Part shown: positions 20,401 through 29,200 of the stretch, one piece after another | How positions within the stretch are numbered: position 1 is the first letter of the stretch | Layout: each line of letters opens with the position of its first letter | Assembly (NCBI GenBank): GCA_963662285.2 | Contig: CAXXMV010000006.1 | Location: 320,001-384,000 of the forward strand | Length of the DNA stretch: 64,000 nt | Direction: 5' to 3' | DNA from: a bacterium | GTDB taxonomy: Bacteria; Hinthialibacterota; Hinthialibacteria; Hinthialibacterales; Hinthialibacteraceae | Made by a program: the position numbers and the translations under genes | The notes under the pieces: model-generated | What the model was told of the DNA's origin: nothing | Databases searched by the model: none | The model's input: only the letters and a program-made list of their open reading frames with translations

Positions 20401-20598
20401 CAAAATACTTAAATGTCGTACGTCGCCATGATTGACAAAAAGCCGTCCGCTGGGGCCAATGGTTACATTGTTACTATTGGATTCATCAAATCCATCCCGG
20501 CTGTTCCATAACCGCCACCCCGGTATATCCGATCCGAAGGCCGCTGTTGCCCAAACGCACAAACAAACAGTAATCCTCATCAATACGAAACGTCGCAT
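17413..20598 (-). CDS. Sensor histidine kinase (beta-propeller/Y_Y_Y sensor), array member C
   Basis: Same architecture; FEDSQGRIWTGT propeller repeat; ASHDLRTPL. Confidence 0.93.
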   Translation of the reverse strand: MRRFVLMRITVCLCVWATAAFGSDIPGWRLWNSRDGFDESNSNNVTIGPSGRLFVNHGDVRHLSILDGYGYHYEEIPFPGPYNAVFEGPTRELWTFGFGHDETKNFCGDGLTGFRRFDETSQKWIHYNIPDFRTVVQSWDILNCPIAPIVENAVLFSVHDCIKMFNWKNGVISEILSATDTKLSTFHSLIFRDTPQCTLGEIITARDGGAWVCGERGVLKLSYQDNNGELIWEHKEYVFPEDSHLQGIQNLIEREDGVLFGSSYSAIHEKDVLVQFDGKSWTVIHSDKQLPVIAGFRDFNNCIWALKDKLYLHRIDASNPEQHGIKMYDAKNMAYESNGIFFISSGQGLLRYSSPAWIAPVGMPEINEPISRIAETPAGSLLFCTNQSIYSFKNGNWSNHIFPENSSFEIYNTDFLACLDEENILIRLNPIGVMAFNPETGEFKQAESPSHLKPFIVYPWSGGKAVITFVDNQTGTFSLQEYDGQRYQIIIPHHIIQEYSKLGWGNPRMIFQTKNGDIWIAHQNIHGPVLYRNGKLRLFREEDGFPGTGSFSILDLGDGRIWCGGRDEICEFDGIAWRSVRTGVDAVRTMIIDKKGRIWAATGSGVHCFDPVKNSWVHYTGEDGLPSSSILKVFEDSQGRIWTGTSMGISVYNPDTDQDPPIAQINPELNSQVVAPGGNAQFVFGGMDKWKYTRSERLLFSQRLDEEEWSPFTTGTIASRSGLPAGNHRFEIKAMDMNWNESEPQQWEFSVLLPWYKEPRFIQQVLFGTMLILFFASYAANRHFRLAQSLKDIQRKDEQLIETNDELQATNEYLNDANTSLHEANEQLRELDKMKTQFVSQASHDLRTPLTAIKGSLDNLLMGIAGALSEKQAKIMTRATTSVDRLTNLINDVLDLNRIETGRIVLEKSDIPFKTLVENIINENQPAAELKQITLNAKLGEEINLYIDGGKIERVVGELISNAIKYTPDNGMVEVGLSCEGDMVSLSVQDSGIGMTKEECAKIWERFYRTSASQKFAKGSGLGLSIAKELVELHEGTLEVASKQDEGTKFQMKLSMGRQNR

Positions 20599-23157
20599 TT
20601 ATTCTTCCTTCCAGTGAGGTAGTAGAAGCGAAAAAGTCGTACCTTCCCCTTGTTCACTTTCTACTGCTAGGGATCCTCCATGTAATTCCACTAACTCCTT
20701 AGCAATTGAAAGCCCCAGCCCCGAACCTTTAGCGAATTTTTGTGATGCCGATGTTCGGTAGAAGCGCTCCCAGATTTTGGTGCATTCCTCTGGAGTCATT
20801 CCAATGCCGGAGTCCTTCACCGATAGTGAAACCATATCACCATCACAAGCCAAACCAACATCAACCTTCCCATTATCAGGTGTGTACTTGATAGCATTAC
20901 TAATGAGTTCCCCCACCACCCTCTCAATCTTCCCGCCATCGATATGCAGGTTGATCTCTTCGCCAAGTTTTGCGTTAAGCGTAATCTTCTTCAGTTCGGC
21001 GGCGGGGTGGTTTTCGTTCATTATGTTTTCTACCAATGTTTTGAAGGGGATATTGCTTTTCTCTAGAACAACCCGTCCAGTCTCAATCCGGTTCAGGTCT
21101 AGAACATCATTGATAAGGTTAGTAAGTCGGTCTACTGATGTAGTAGCGCGGGTCATTACCTTTTGCTGCTTTTCGTTGAGAGCGCCTGCGATGCCCATAA
21201 GGAGGTTATCCAGGCTGCCTTTAATGGCCGTTAATGGCGTACGTAGATCATGCGAAGCCTGGGAGACGAATTGGGTTTTCATCTGGTCGAGCTGGATTAG
21301 CTGGGCGTTGGCTTCCTGGAGTTCGACGTTCATGCTGTTGAGTTCTTGGGTTCTACGTTCGACGCGGTCCTCTAGTTCAATGTTTAGCTTTTCCAAATCC
21401 TTATGGGATCGGGCCGAACGATAGGAAATGTAAATTGACATGGAAATGATAAATGCGATAAAGGCAATGGTGACGTTGCGATCCGAAACAATATGGTAAT
21501 AAATGATGGGTGGCCATCGGGTTGTTGGTCCATAAATTACGATTAATGAATAGAGCAACGATCCCATAAGTATTAGAGCGCCGAGAACGAACGTCGTTCC
21601 CTCGCATTTCTTCATCAACGCAACGATTAATACGCGAATCGATTCGATGCAAAACAGAATGGATGCAATCAAAAAGGCGTGGAAGAATAGAGTGGGCAGA
21701 TAAATCATCTCGTCGACCGTCGGTAGAGAGATGAAAACAATCCATCCTACAAGCAACAACCATACGACGATAAACCCCCAATACTGGCGCGGCAGCCTGT
21801 CGTAGACCGCCGAATAGAAAAACGGAAGCAACGAAGCCTGAGCGGCCATCAACAGCGAGAAAAAAAGCCATCGAACGGAATCTAAGACAGCCACTTGCGT
21901 AGTAATGGACAGAATAACGCTCATTCCCCCTAAATAGTCCAAAGCGGCCGCGCACCCCAGAAAAATGGAATAGTACAAATGTTGACGTTGTTTGGGATAA
22001 AAAACAAAAAAGCCGAGGTGAAGGAGCATCATGGCAAGTGAGATCGCGCCCACAAAGGTGTAATTGAATGTTGCGTTGCGAACGCCGAGGATATCCATAT
22101 TACTGGGAACGAGGCGAGCGAATCCCATGATGCTCCGGCTGCCAATTTTGCCGAAAAATTCGGTTACACTCTCATAGCCGTCCGGCGCTCGCATTGTATA
22201 AGAGAGAACGGTCGTTCCCGGTTGCAGGTCGAGCGACCAATGAATCGCATTTCCCCGTACGTCGCCGTCGTGACTGATATGATCGACCGTCCATTGATCT
22301 GGAATATTTTCAACAACGGAAACCGGCGCAGTACTCTCTTGCGGATTCGTCACGCATAGGGTGACGTGAATTCTATCACACATCCGGTAGCGGTCTTTCG
22401 ATACGGTGCGAACGGCATAGGGCATGGCGGGAACGAGTTGTAGATTTGATATTCGAACGCGAGCGGGTTCTATATTATTGTGCGAGTTATATATTTCCAC
22501 TCCATAGTATAGGGATTCTCCCAACGGAAAATCGATCGACCGGCCAACCATCCACTCGATTCCGTCGAATGAGTATTCCGAAAAAATGAATCTCCTTTTC
22601 GCATCAGCCGTCACTCGAGCCAAAATCCAGGGCTGGTAGATATTCGGGAACCCATCGTTAAAAAATTCCTTTCCATTCGCCGTTTTCCAATTCGTATCGA
22701 TCTCCCATTGACCGATACCGTAAACATCAACGAGATAGAAATCGAAATTGGATTTGTTATTGTACAAATCCAATGCATCCGATATGCAGCCTTTGGGATT
22801 CATTGGATTTTGAACGCAAATAGCGGATACGTATAAATCCGACCCTGGATTGTCATTCAAAAGTTCCAATTTGCCCGATATCGTCCAGGAGCCTTTACGG
22901 GTCGTATGGAGATATGCATACCATGCGGTCGCTTCATAGATGGCTTCCGAACCTGCACCTTGAACGCTGAGTTCCAACGGAGAATGTTCGACGCCGTATT
23001 GACGGTCCATATAGGGAGTCCAATCCAAAACTCGTTCAAGCATTCCGTTTCCTGGTAAAGGCGCCGATTCGACTAGAATGGCTTCCTTCTTATCCACTTG
23101 GGGAAAAACGAGAATGGGAATCCATACGAGAGAGAGAATCATCAATATTTTTTTCAT
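20599..23157 (-). CDS. Sensor histidine kinase (beta-sandwich ectodomains plus 7TM-DISM-like membrane domain), array member B
   Basis: Signal peptide, about 7 TM segments starting MMLLHLGFFVFYPK...LYYSIF, ELEDRVERRT coiled coil, ASHDLRTPL. Confidence 0.9.
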   Translation of the reverse strand: MKKILMILSLVWIPILVFPQVDKKEAILVESAPLPGNGMLERVLDWTPYMDRQYGVEHSPLELSVQGAGSEAIYEATAWYAYLHTTRKGSWTISGKLELLNDNPGSDLYVSAICVQNPMNPKGCISDALDLYNNKSNFDFYLVDVYGIGQWEIDTNWKTANGKEFFNDGFPNIYQPWILARVTADAKRRFIFSEYSFDGIEWMVGRSIDFPLGESLYYGVEIYNSHNNIEPARVRISNLQLVPAMPYAVRTVSKDRYRMCDRIHVTLCVTNPQESTAPVSVVENIPDQWTVDHISHDGDVRGNAIHWSLDLQPGTTVLSYTMRAPDGYESVTEFFGKIGSRSIMGFARLVPSNMDILGVRNATFNYTFVGAISLAMMLLHLGFFVFYPKQRQHLYYSIFLGCAAALDYLGGMSVILSITTQVAVLDSVRWLFFSLLMAAQASLLPFFYSAVYDRLPRQYWGFIVVWLLLVGWIVFISLPTVDEMIYLPTLFFHAFLIASILFCIESIRVLIVALMKKCEGTTFVLGALILMGSLLYSLIVIYGPTTRWPPIIYYHIVSDRNVTIAFIAFIISMSIYISYRSARSHKDLEKLNIELEDRVERRTQELNSMNVELQEANAQLIQLDQMKTQFVSQASHDLRTPLTAIKGSLDNLLMGIAGALNEKQQKVMTRATTSVDRLTNLINDVLDLNRIETGRVVLEKSNIPFKTLVENIMNENHPAAELKKITLNAKLGEEINLHIDGGKIERVVGELISNAIKYTPDNGKVDVGLACDGDMVSLSVKDSGIGMTPEECTKIWERFYRTSASQKFAKGSGLGLSIAKELVELHGGSLAVESEQGEGTTFSLLLPHWKEE

Positions 23158-25697
23158 TTCTCACCTACCGGTAATTGCAATATAAATACAGTTCTCTCAC
23201 CCTGTTTGCTTTGTACTGAGAGCGAGCCGTTGTGCAATTCCACTAACTCTTTGGCTATTGAAAGCCCTAGCCCTGAACCCTTCGCAAATTTCTTCGAAGC
23301 ATTCGTTCGATAGAAGCGATCCCAGATTTTGGCGCATTCTTCCTGAGACATCCCAATGCCCGAATCTTTCACGGAAAGAGAAACCGAATTTTCTTCTTGA
23401 ACCAGACTCACACTAACAGTTCCACTTTCTGGTGTGTATTTGATGGCGTTAGATATCAGTTCACCCACCACCCGTTCTATTTTGCTGCCATCGATGTTTA
23501 GAGTATAGTCTCCATCACTGGCATTGAATGTAAGTTGTATGTTTTTCTGCTCAGCCGCAGGGTGGTTTTCGTTGAATATATTTTCAACCAGTGCTTTGAA
23601 TGGTATATCACTTTTTTCTAAAACAATACGACCTGTTTCTATGCGGTTGAGATCAAGCACGTCGTTTATCAGGTTGGTTAGTCGATCAACGGATGTGGTA
23701 GCGCGTAGCATGACCTTTTGTTGTTTCTCTGTTAATGCTCCAGCGATACCCATTAGCAGGTTATCCAGGCTGCCTTTGATTGCAGTCAGCGGAGTGCGTA
23801 GATCATGCGAGGCCTGGGAGACGAATTGGGTTTTCATTTGGTCCAGCTGGATTAGTTGCGCGTTGGCTTCTTGTAGTTCTACGTTGGTATTATTGAGATA
23901 TTGATTGGTGGTATCTAATTCGTCATTGGCTTGTTCAAGTTCGCGTGTGCGTTGTTCGACGCGGTCTTCTAACTCAATATTGAGTTTATGGAGTTCTTTA
24001 TTCGATCTTCCAGACCGTTGCGTAAGATAAATGGAGACTGATAGCAGATAAAAAACAAGACCGCATTTCATAACTATCGCAGCAAATATAGATTGGAAAT
24101 TAAACAAATACGCCGATACTGTATAATAAATTACCGTTCCAATTAATACTACTAATCCAAATGTAATAATCCATATTCCATCAACGCGATTGCGGATTGC
24201 TTGAAGCAATGCCATGAAGAACAAAGAATAAACAATCCCATGAAAAAGCATGGTTGACAATTCAAACGTCATAGGAGCCACTAAGTAACAAACCGCCAAA
24301 ATCAAAGCAGTAATAATTATAATCCAGAAATATTTTGAAAGTTTCCGGTATGAGAGAGTGAAAATGAATAAGGCATTAGTAACAGTCGCAATGATCCCTA
24401 CTAATTGCGATGTAGTTACAAATGAGAAATTTCGATAGTTATTAATTTGACTGATTGAGTAGAATAAACATGAAACGCTCACTAAAAATAAAGTGAAATA
24501 GAGATTTTCTTTTAAGACCGGGTAATATATAAATAAAAATAGATGGACAAAGGCCATCATTAAAAATAATGTAATCAGAAGAGTGTCATAAAAAAGCGTC
24601 TCTATCTTTTTAGGAATATCAATTGTGCTATATGCAATAGTATTGGTTCCACCAATAGTCGCGTCATTGGTTGTTCCATGAAAAGTAGCAGATTTGTTTG
24701 GGTTTTGAGACGATTTAACATAATACCTCAAATATGTTGAACCAGGCCCGGCATCGAGCGACCAATGTATATGATTATTCTCAACAGTTCCTTGTTCAGT
24801 TACAGATGAAATACTCCAATCATCGGGCGTGTATTCATCTATAACCACCGACTCGAAGCCGCCACTGGAATTATAGAGTTCCAAAGTGACTTCCAGCATT
24901 GAATTTTCCGCAAAATGCTCAGCAGAAAATGTTCGACGAACTACAGTTTTGGCTGGTTCGAGAATAACATTCGTCACCCTTATGTGGGAGAGTTCATTTA
25001 CCTCAGCATAATGATTGTTCAGCATTATGCCATAGGCTATTTCTTCACTAATATACAGATAAGAACTGTTTAAAATATTCCACTGTATTCCATCAATCGA
25101 CCATTCGGTAATGAACAAATTCCGGGGAAAGATTCTTGTTATACGAAGGTGCAAGAAATTTTGATCAGAAAAATACTCAAATTTACTACTTTCCATCTTT
25201 TCTAATTCATTCACAACATAAAAACTACGTAAAGAATGTCCGAATGGATACTCATCTAAATTTAAGTTTAAATGACGAGATACGGGATTTTTTCCGTTTT
25301 CACGGACCATCAGACCAGCTTTTGTCGGAATAGAACTTTCACTACAATTTGTAAGTATTTCAATCCTTGCCGATAACCTCCACGAGCCGCTTCTGGTCGC
25401 ATAAAGGAAAAAGCCTTCATCACTTTGATCGCCCAGTTCAAAAGAACCGTTGCCATAAATATCATAGACAAATTCTCCATTGACTTTGGATACTTCGCAT
25501 CGACCGGGAACTTTGAATTTACGCAATTTCGGACCAAACTCTGGTTCAAGTCCCCAATCAGCGGTGGCGCTAAAGATGCCGAGATTAGCCGATTCCTGCG
25601 CCATGCAAGGATTAGCCAGTTCGAATGAACATGCAAAGAAGAGACAAAAAAGAAATAATAAGTTTATAGAGCCACGCCTAACCATGATTTCACCCAC
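23154..25697 (-). CDS. Sensor histidine kinase (ConA-like and Ig-like ectodomains plus 7TM-DISM-like domain), array member A
   Basis: KAGLMVRE beta-sandwich motif, about 7 TM segments, ASHDLRTPL. Exact start uncertain (25685 possible). Confidence 0.9.
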   Translation of the reverse strand: MGEIMVRRGSINLLFLFCLFFACSFELANPCMAQESANLGIFSATADWGLEPEFGPKLRKFKVPGRCEVSKVNGEFVYDIYGNGSFELGDQSDEGFFLYATRSGSWRLSARIEILTNCSESSIPTKAGLMVRENGKNPVSRHLNLNLDEYPFGHSLRSFYVVNELEKMESSKFEYFSDQNFLHLRITRIFPRNLFITEWSIDGIQWNILNSSYLYISEEIAYGIMLNNHYAEVNELSHIRVTNVILEPAKTVVRRTFSAEHFAENSMLEVTLELYNSSGGFESVVIDEYTPDDWSISSVTEQGTVENNHIHWSLDAGPGSTYLRYYVKSSQNPNKSATFHGTTNDATIGGTNTIAYSTIDIPKKIETLFYDTLLITLFLMMAFVHLFLFIYYPVLKENLYFTLFLVSVSCLFYSISQINNYRNFSFVTTSQLVGIIATVTNALFIFTLSYRKLSKYFWIIIITALILAVCYLVAPMTFELSTMLFHGIVYSLFFMALLQAIRNRVDGIWIITFGLVVLIGTVIYYTVSAYLFNFQSIFAAIVMKCGLVFYLLSVSIYLTQRSGRSNKELHKLNIELEDRVEQRTRELEQANDELDTTNQYLNNTNVELQEANAQLIQLDQMKTQFVSQASHDLRTPLTAIKGSLDNLLMGIAGALTEKQQKVMLRATTSVDRLTNLINDVLDLNRIETGRIVLEKSDIPFKALVENIFNENHPAAEQKNIQLTFNASDGDYTLNIDGSKIERVVGELISNAIKYTPESGTVSVSLVQEENSVSLSVKDSGIGMSQEECAKIWDRFYRTNASKKFAKGSGLGLSIAKELVELHNGSLSVQSKQGERTVFILQLPVGEK

Positions 25698-26037
25698 ATT
25701 ATGGAATAGCCAAAATAAATCGAATGATACGATTATCTCAAAAAACAGAAGAAGAGTCTACTTGAGAGGGAGAATCCAACATAAACAGCGGATAATATTT
25801 GATTTGCAAACTGTAATATTTGATATGGCCTGCGGAGAGCGAAATAGGTTAGAATCTGACTTGATCCATTACTCAAATTACGACGCGAACAGCGCTTCTA
25901 TTATGCAATCGTGCAACGACCGTGCAATCCAGGGGTGGTTTGAGGGGGGTCTGAGGGTGGTGTCAACGTGGGGGCAAGATGAGTAAGTGTTTCTAAATGC
26001 TTGCTTTACTGATGTTTACGTGAATTGATGAATGTGA

Positions 26038-26079
26038 CTTCTAAGCAGAGGGTTGCAGGTTCAAGTCCTGCTGGGCGTA
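26038..26079 (+). pseudogene. 3' half of tRNA-Arg(UCU), att site of an integrated element
   Basis: CTTCTAA anticodon loop, GCAGA 3' stem strand, GGGTT variable loop, GCAGG-TTCAAGT-CCTGC T-arm, TGGGCGT-A acceptor strand. No D-arm or complementary 5' strands upstream. Confidence 0.85.
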
Positions 26080-26139
26080 CTTTGATTTTACTTGAGTTGC
26101 TAAAGAATCCCCCCTAATACCTGAAATATCTAAACAAAC

Positions 26140-26167
26140 AAGGGCAGGTCTTATTTGACCTGCCCTT
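26140..26167. terminator. Hairpin, probably the original tRNA-Arg terminator
   Basis: AAGGGCAGGTC-ttattt-GACCTGCCCTT, perfect 11-bp stem. Confidence 0.7.
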
Positions 26168-26194
26168 ATTGCATTTATCACTTATGTTGACAAT

Positions 26195-26230
26195 AAAAGC
26201 GGCTGCATCGCATTGAAGATGCAGCCGCTT
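26195..26230 (-). terminator. Intrinsic terminator of the minus-strand CotH gene
   Basis: AAGCGGCTGCATC...GATGCAGCCGCTT 13-bp stem, followed by a T run on the minus strand. Confidence 0.75.
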
Positions 26231-26252
26231 GATGTTTTATCCGGGCTTTAGA

Positions 26253-29200
26253 TTAATACAATGCCCAATCAGATACAGCGGTTATGTCCGGGCCGTTGAG
26301 GAATTGGTCTGGAGTTAATGCTCCGGCTGACAGGCGAACTTCGTCGATGCGGCCGGGGAGGACGTCGGTGGTTCCGGCTGCGGTGCGGCGCGCTCCAACC
26401 ATAATCGGCAGGTCGCTGTCAGTGCGTAATTTATCATAGGCCAAACCATCTTCATAATGAGTGATCTGCGCCTCGACTTTGTTGCCATCAACATATAGTA
26501 AAACTGGCTGCATGGTATTCTTCAGGTTTACGACTGCTGCGTAATGGTGGAATAATCCATCATATATAACCGCTCCACCGCTGGTCGCGGTATGCAGTCT
26601 TTCGTTGAATCCTGAGTTGGCTGATGCGTCGTTGAGCAAGAAATCGAGCGATCCGGTTTCTGATAGTCCTGCGGCGAAGCGCCATACGCCGTCAACTGAT
26701 GCGTTGGCTTCGTCATAACGGTCGACTAGTATCGCTTCTCCGAAAGAGTTGAGAGAGAACATGGCGTAGCATTCAATGGTCATGCTCTGTTCGACGTCCA
26801 GATATGATTCGGTCGAACCGAACTGGAAGCCATTGCCATCCACCCCGTCAAGCACCAGGGCTGTTGTGTTGGGCTGCTCGGTCAATGGAACCTCGCTATT
26901 AGCGCCCGGCGCTGCGATGGAGGTTGATCCCAGCAGCTGTCCGTCAGGGAACAGGCCAATCGATTCCTTGGCGTCGCCTTCAAAGCGGTAATAGGCGATG
27001 ACATTGCCTTCGGCGATGTCGCCGACCGGGCTGCCTTGAACCACGACGCCTTTGGATGACAGGCGATTTTCGGAAATGGTTCTGATGACGAAGGTATATA
27101 ACTGCCCGTTTTTAAGATCGCGGATGCGGATGCGATTATCGGTGATTGGAGTGGATTCGATGATTTCGTTGTCTTCGAAGATATCCACGCGAATCAGGTC
27201 GGCGGCGGTTGGCTGGCTCCATTGGATGCGCAGAGACTCGTTCATCGGCGTGACAATAACGTTTTCAACGTCAGGCGGCGCCAAGCCGGGATTAAGGCTG
27301 AATGAGGTCGGCTGAGACCAGTCGCTCCATAAGCCATCATTACGCTGATATCTGGCGCGCCAGAAGTAAGTTGTTCCTGCGCCGATAATATAAGCGGGAA
27401 CCTTAATAGATGGCGCATCTACCTTGTTTTGGGAGGACCAGATTGGTTTATAGAAATCGTCGTTGTTTTGATTGATCTCCCATTGCATAACTAATGGCGA
27501 CGAAAAAGCGGTCACTGCTTGCAGTTCAACGATTCGCGAAGTCAGAACCGCATGATTGGCGGGCAGTACGTTCTCCGGCGCGTTGGAAGTATCAGCAGCC
27601 CGGACATTTTTATCTTTCAAGATGAATTCACGGCGGGCGGTGATATACTTTTTCATTTCGGATATCATGTCGTCGATCTGGCCTGGAGAGTTCCAGCGCT
27701 CCATGTTTTCCCTGATAGCATCTTCGAGGTAACTCCAATATGAATCGAAGATAGGATCAAGATGTTCATGGGTGAAAATATGTTCGACAAAATAGCGTAG
27801 GCGCTGGTAGTAGCGGTCGCGGAACTCTGGAACGCCGAGAAAACGCTTGCGCAGTTCGTTGGTTCCGAATACGCCGCCGACAGCTCCGTCTAACAGACTG
27901 TAGTTTGAAATAAGCGGGAAACTGTCGCTGGTGTGGATTTCGCCCCAGGCGTGGCTCATATCCCAGGGAGAGATATACCAGAGCTGGTCAGCGCCTCTGG
28001 ATGGGAAATAGTTCTTTTCGGTGCTATCGACATGCGATAGCACGGCGACGCTGGCCAGGTAATTGAGGTATGTCTCAATATTTACATTGGATTCAAAGAA
28101 TGATTTGAGATCGCTGGAATCGTTTAATTCCTCAATGAAGTTAATCAGAACAGCGATATCGTCTGCACGGCCAATGGCGTTTTCGTATTTCTGGGCGTAG
28201 GCGTCGAAATTGGGTTCTTTGGTTAAGTAACTGCGCCGAGCTTTAATTCCGGCTTTATACAGCTGCGTCTCAGCTGGCATATCATGAGCGTCGAGAAAAT
28301 CTTCGTTATATTGCTCAAGCCCGATGAATAGCCCGTAGTAGGCGTTATTCAATACGACGCGGTAATGCTTGCTATCCGACGCCGGAACGCCCGCCTGCTG
28401 CATGAATTGATAGGCCAGATGTTCCTGGAAGCCGGATTCTCCGCGCAGCAATGGAGATGTCTGGTAGTTGGCGTTGAGGTTGTAGGTGCGTCGGTTGTTC
28501 CAGCGGTGATCTTTGGCGAATTGGATTTTCCAACTCTTCTTGGGTTTGTTGCGTAGAGTGTTTCCCCGGTAACGGATGCCGCCGCTGTTGGATAGATCGA
28601 ACACTTCGCCTTCGATTACCACGAATGATGGTTGTTCAACATCTGACTGAACATTGCGGTTGAGCCAGTTGAGCACTTCCTGTTCGGCGAATAAGTAGAT
28701 AGTGGGATATTTGGGTGGATCAAGGCGGTCTTCTACAAAGAAGGCCAGCGCTTGGGTTTTCTCTTCCTGGCGTGGGATAGTGGCGACTTGACCGGCTTTA
28801 TCAGTAGCGGTGATTTTATAGCGCCAGATTTCGTGGGGTCGGATGGTTTCGGCGTTGTTCAGTTTATAGGAATAGACTCCATCATCGGCGATATTATCGC
28901 CGCTGGTTCCATTATCGAACATGTTAACCGATTTCCACTCGCCCATAACCAGGCCGGTGCCATAGGGAGAGCTTAAGCGCTGGTAGTGCAGGGTGACTGT
29001 GTCGATGCCATCTTCGTCTACCGCTTTGGCGGTGATGGTTATGGCGTCAGCGTCGTCTTCTCCGGCATCCAATACGCGCATCATGGCTAAGGCTGGATGT
29101 AGCGAGAAATCTGAACTGGTCAGGCTGGTGTTATGTCCCTGGACGGCCAGGACGTTCTTGCCGGGACGCAGGTTCTTGATGAAACTGGTGACGTCAAACT

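Larger units (their letters stand above)
14372..23890 (-). repeat. Four dispersed ~0.7-kb homeologous copies of one HisKA-HATPase module (~14372-15100, ~17413-18130, ~20599-21330, ~23154-23890)
   Basis: MKTQFVSQASHDLRTPLTAIKGSLDNLLMGIAGAL and TTSVDRLTNLINDVLDLNRIETGR are identical in all four proteins; the DNA differs mainly at third codon positions. Confidence 0.92.
1..26079. mobile_element. Right part of a tRNA-Arg(UCU)-integrated genomic island; left end and integrase lie outside the window
   Basis: Ends in a displaced 3' tRNA fragment starting at the anticodon loop. Contains IS66, ssb, SSAP-like, PD-(D/E)XK, UvrD, DUF932, DUF3102-like and IHF/HU genes. The left extent is inferred. Confidence 0.65.

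Noticed and set aside
14547-23904. Recurrent similar plus-strand ORFs (14547, 14787, 17798, 20777, 23524)
   Set aside because: Antisense shadows of the conserved kinase modules
14372-25697. Diversity-generating retroelement or assembly duplication behind the repeated kinase modules
   Set aside because: No reverse transcriptase; differences are mostly synonymous and not adenine-specific; the copies are too diverged to be an assembly artefact
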